The notes under the pieces are model-generated. The model was not told where the DNA came from and ran no database searches. It saw only the letters and a list, made by a program, of their open reading frames with translations. Below, piece by piece: positions 61,546-64,000 of a DNA stretch of 64,000 nucleotides (within the stretch, counting starts at the first letter, position 1; the number at the start of each line of letters is the position of its first letter). The position numbers were made by a program, and so were the translations under genes. Source of the DNA: Squalus acanthias (taxonomy: Eukaryota); the NCBI GenBank assembly GCA_030390025.1, contig CM059425.1:177384001-177448000 (forward strand), written 5' to 3'.

Positions 61546-62896
61546 AACATAGAAAAATAGGAGCAGGAGTAGACCATTATCTTCGGCCCCTCCCCAGGAC
61601 ACAGAAGCACATCACGTAAGCCAGTCGCAAAGATTTGTCACATGCTTATTAAAATTTAGGAAACAGTGTATAACCCTCTGTCTAGTACTGCAAGATTTGA
61701 TTATGCACCCTGTCCATGTTTTCTGTCTGTAGGTAGTTAAAAGGTGGCTTCAAGAAATTAACATTGCCTAATTAACTACTTCTCTGCATATTTAGTAAGG
61801 TTTTTTCACTGCCATTCTTCCAGCATGCCAAGTGAGTAAGGACATCAGATGAATTTCTCACACACCAAGTTAGCAGCTTATAATTGACTGGGCTGACAGC
61901 AAATAATTGGTCAAGTGAAGAGAAAGGGAACTTTCAATTAACACATAGAAGTTACAACACAGAAACAGGCCATTCGACTCAACTAGGCCATGTCAGCGTT
62001 TACACTCCATGTGAGCAAATAGTTCGAATCACATTTATCCACCTATTCCAATATCCCTTTTTCCTTCGTCCACTTATCCAATTTAATCTTGAATATCGAC
62101 ATGGCTTCTGCTTCAACTACTAACCCTGCACATTTGACAACTCTCCTTAAGCCTACATCCTTATTCATTGACAAAGTCTTAAGCATGATTAGTTTGGTTG
62201 AAACAGTCTACTGTGGTCTGTGTGTGAAGTCACTCACATTCATCCTTAAAAGTATCTGCCTGAAAGTTTGTCACTAAGCAGAATAGACATTATGGTATTC
62301 TAATAGTTAACTTTGTCCAGTTGTTCAACATATACAATTAATTAAACTCAATGCTTTAAACCTCAATGTCAGCAAATAAGAAAGCCTTTTTTTTTTATAA
62401 ACAGAATTCCACCTGAAGTGCTGAAAAGTCATTACAAAATCCTTCTACATTAAACACAAATTCGATCTAAAAGTTCAGATTAATACTTTGCAAAATGAAT
62501 GTATAATCTGCAGGACAAGCTTTCTATACTTGAGGGGGATCTTTCTTATTCTATCTGGAATATCAATACCTATATAAACTTTTTTTTTACTGTGAACATT
62601 CACAATTAAAGCAAGTCACATATGGCTCAGACCTTTGGTATTAACAGTATTTTAATGGCAACCAGTTTGGGAATTTTTCAGCATATGCTGAATATGCAAG
62701 TCAGGTGGAGATAGTGATAATTCACACATATTCTCCTCATTTGCAAACAAACTGAGCAACAGACCTATGCAATGCCACAATAGGTCTATTTACCCAACAC
62801 ACATCAGCAAATGCAGTAGAAAATGCTATTACAGGTAGATAAGAGTGGATTGACTGGCAACTGGTAAAATTTTAATGATCCATATTAAAATACAAA

Positions 62897-63712
62897 GGGG
62901 GGGGGGTAAAATTCGGTGGCGCCCGGCGCTAACTTTGCCCCTGCACCTTAAATTCAGTGGTAGCGCCCCAAGCAAGAGGCGGGGTGCTACTGGAAGCGCT
63001 CCACCTCCTTCCTGGGGCGCTAACACTGAATATCGCGGTGCTACGTGCAACGTCAGCACATAGTGCCGCGGTACTGCAGCACTCGAGGATTGCCGGGCTG
63101 AGCGATCGCAGCCATCACCCCGAAAGAGGGGAAGGTGCTGGCAGGCGGCCAGAAATAAAAATGGCCGCCCGACACCTGCCCCCTTTAAATACCGCCGCTG
63201 TGGTGGCACAAACGCCACCCTCACCCTGTCGGACATATCGTCTGGCAATAGGTCAGGGAGCGCAGCCGAAGTTTGTGGCGTTGACGTCATCACCGGAGGC
63301 GCAGTGCTGCGGGGCCCTACCGGCTACCGCCGCCGAATTTCGCAGGAGGCGTTAGCAGCGCCGCACCCAGACACTAGGGGCTTTGCGCCCCGTTAGCGTC
63401 CCTGGGCACAAAGTCCAAAAATGTGCGGGTTAGGTTGATTTGGCTATGATAAATTGACCCTTAGTGTTAGGGGGGGATTAAATATGTGGGGTTATGGGGA
63501 TAGGATGGGATATGTTAGGGGGAATTAAATACGTGGGGTTACGGGGGTAGGGTGGGATATGTGTACTGTGGGGATTAAAGCAGGGACAGGGTACTGGATT
63601 TGGATGATCAGCCATGATCGTATTGAATGGCGGAGCAGGCTCGACGGGCCGAATGGCCTACTCCTGCTCCTAGATTCTATGTCTATGTCTAAAGCAACCC
63701 AATTTTTCCCCC
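62897..63712. mobile_element. Harbinger-family MITE H7, with a SINE inserted near its right end
   Basis: (G)nTAAAATTCGG and CCAATTTTTCCCCC termini; TSD AAA; subterminal GCGCTAAC and TAGCGCC motifs as in H2 and H3. Confidence 0.85.
63407..63690 (+). mobile_element. 5'-truncated HE1-like SINE with CR1-type tail
   Basis: Body matches the reverse complement of 20975-21075; internal duplication of about 43 bp; tail matches CR1 49088-49190. Confidence 0.85.
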
Positions 63713-64000
63713 AAAGTGCTGTAGCAGGAAAAGTTGTTAGACCACTAGATGTTTCTTAATTATGTTCATTTCCTGGACCAGAAGGACCTTCATCACAACC
63801 ACAATTTCAGCAGAGATTTTTGTTTGGTGGATACAACAGAATTTATTAGTTACTCCTGCTCGGCTAATAACTAAATGCACTGCCAAGCTGGTTTAAGCAT
63901 GAACAAAGCACAAGTACAGTTGACAAAGTGGTTTATTATAGAATGTTCTGTTTTACCAACAATTGTGCTGCTGGGGAATTCTACTGAATTATAAAATGGG

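Overview
Repeat-dense vertebrate genomic DNA, most likely from a cartilaginous fish (shark): it carries HE1-like V-SINEs, Deu-domain SINEs and abundant CR1 and L2 LINEs. No intact host protein-coding gene is recognisable; most long ORFs are decayed transposon ORFs or their antisense frames. The window holds (i) several PIF/Harbinger DNA transposons with convergent transposase and spliced Myb/SANT genes, including one full-length copy (8021-12165) and deletion derivatives; (ii) CR1, L2 and Tx1/L1 LINEs in nested stacks; (iii) short Penelope-type inserts with a hammerhead-ribozyme-like core, plus a GIY-YIG remnant; (iv) two 229-bp solo-LTR-like elements; (v) Tigger- and hAT-type MITEs; (vi) a CpG-richer unique region near 40 kb and a few candidate exons. 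The most unusual object is a CR1-group LINE (1-2937 minus; second copy 57613-59269 plus). It starts with a tRNA-type box A/box B head, lacks ORF1, has no in-frame AUG before its endonuclease, and has no TTTT run on its sense strand. Together these suggest a protein-coding retrotransposon transcribed by RNA polymerase III. All coordinates were read by eye and may be off by a few bases.
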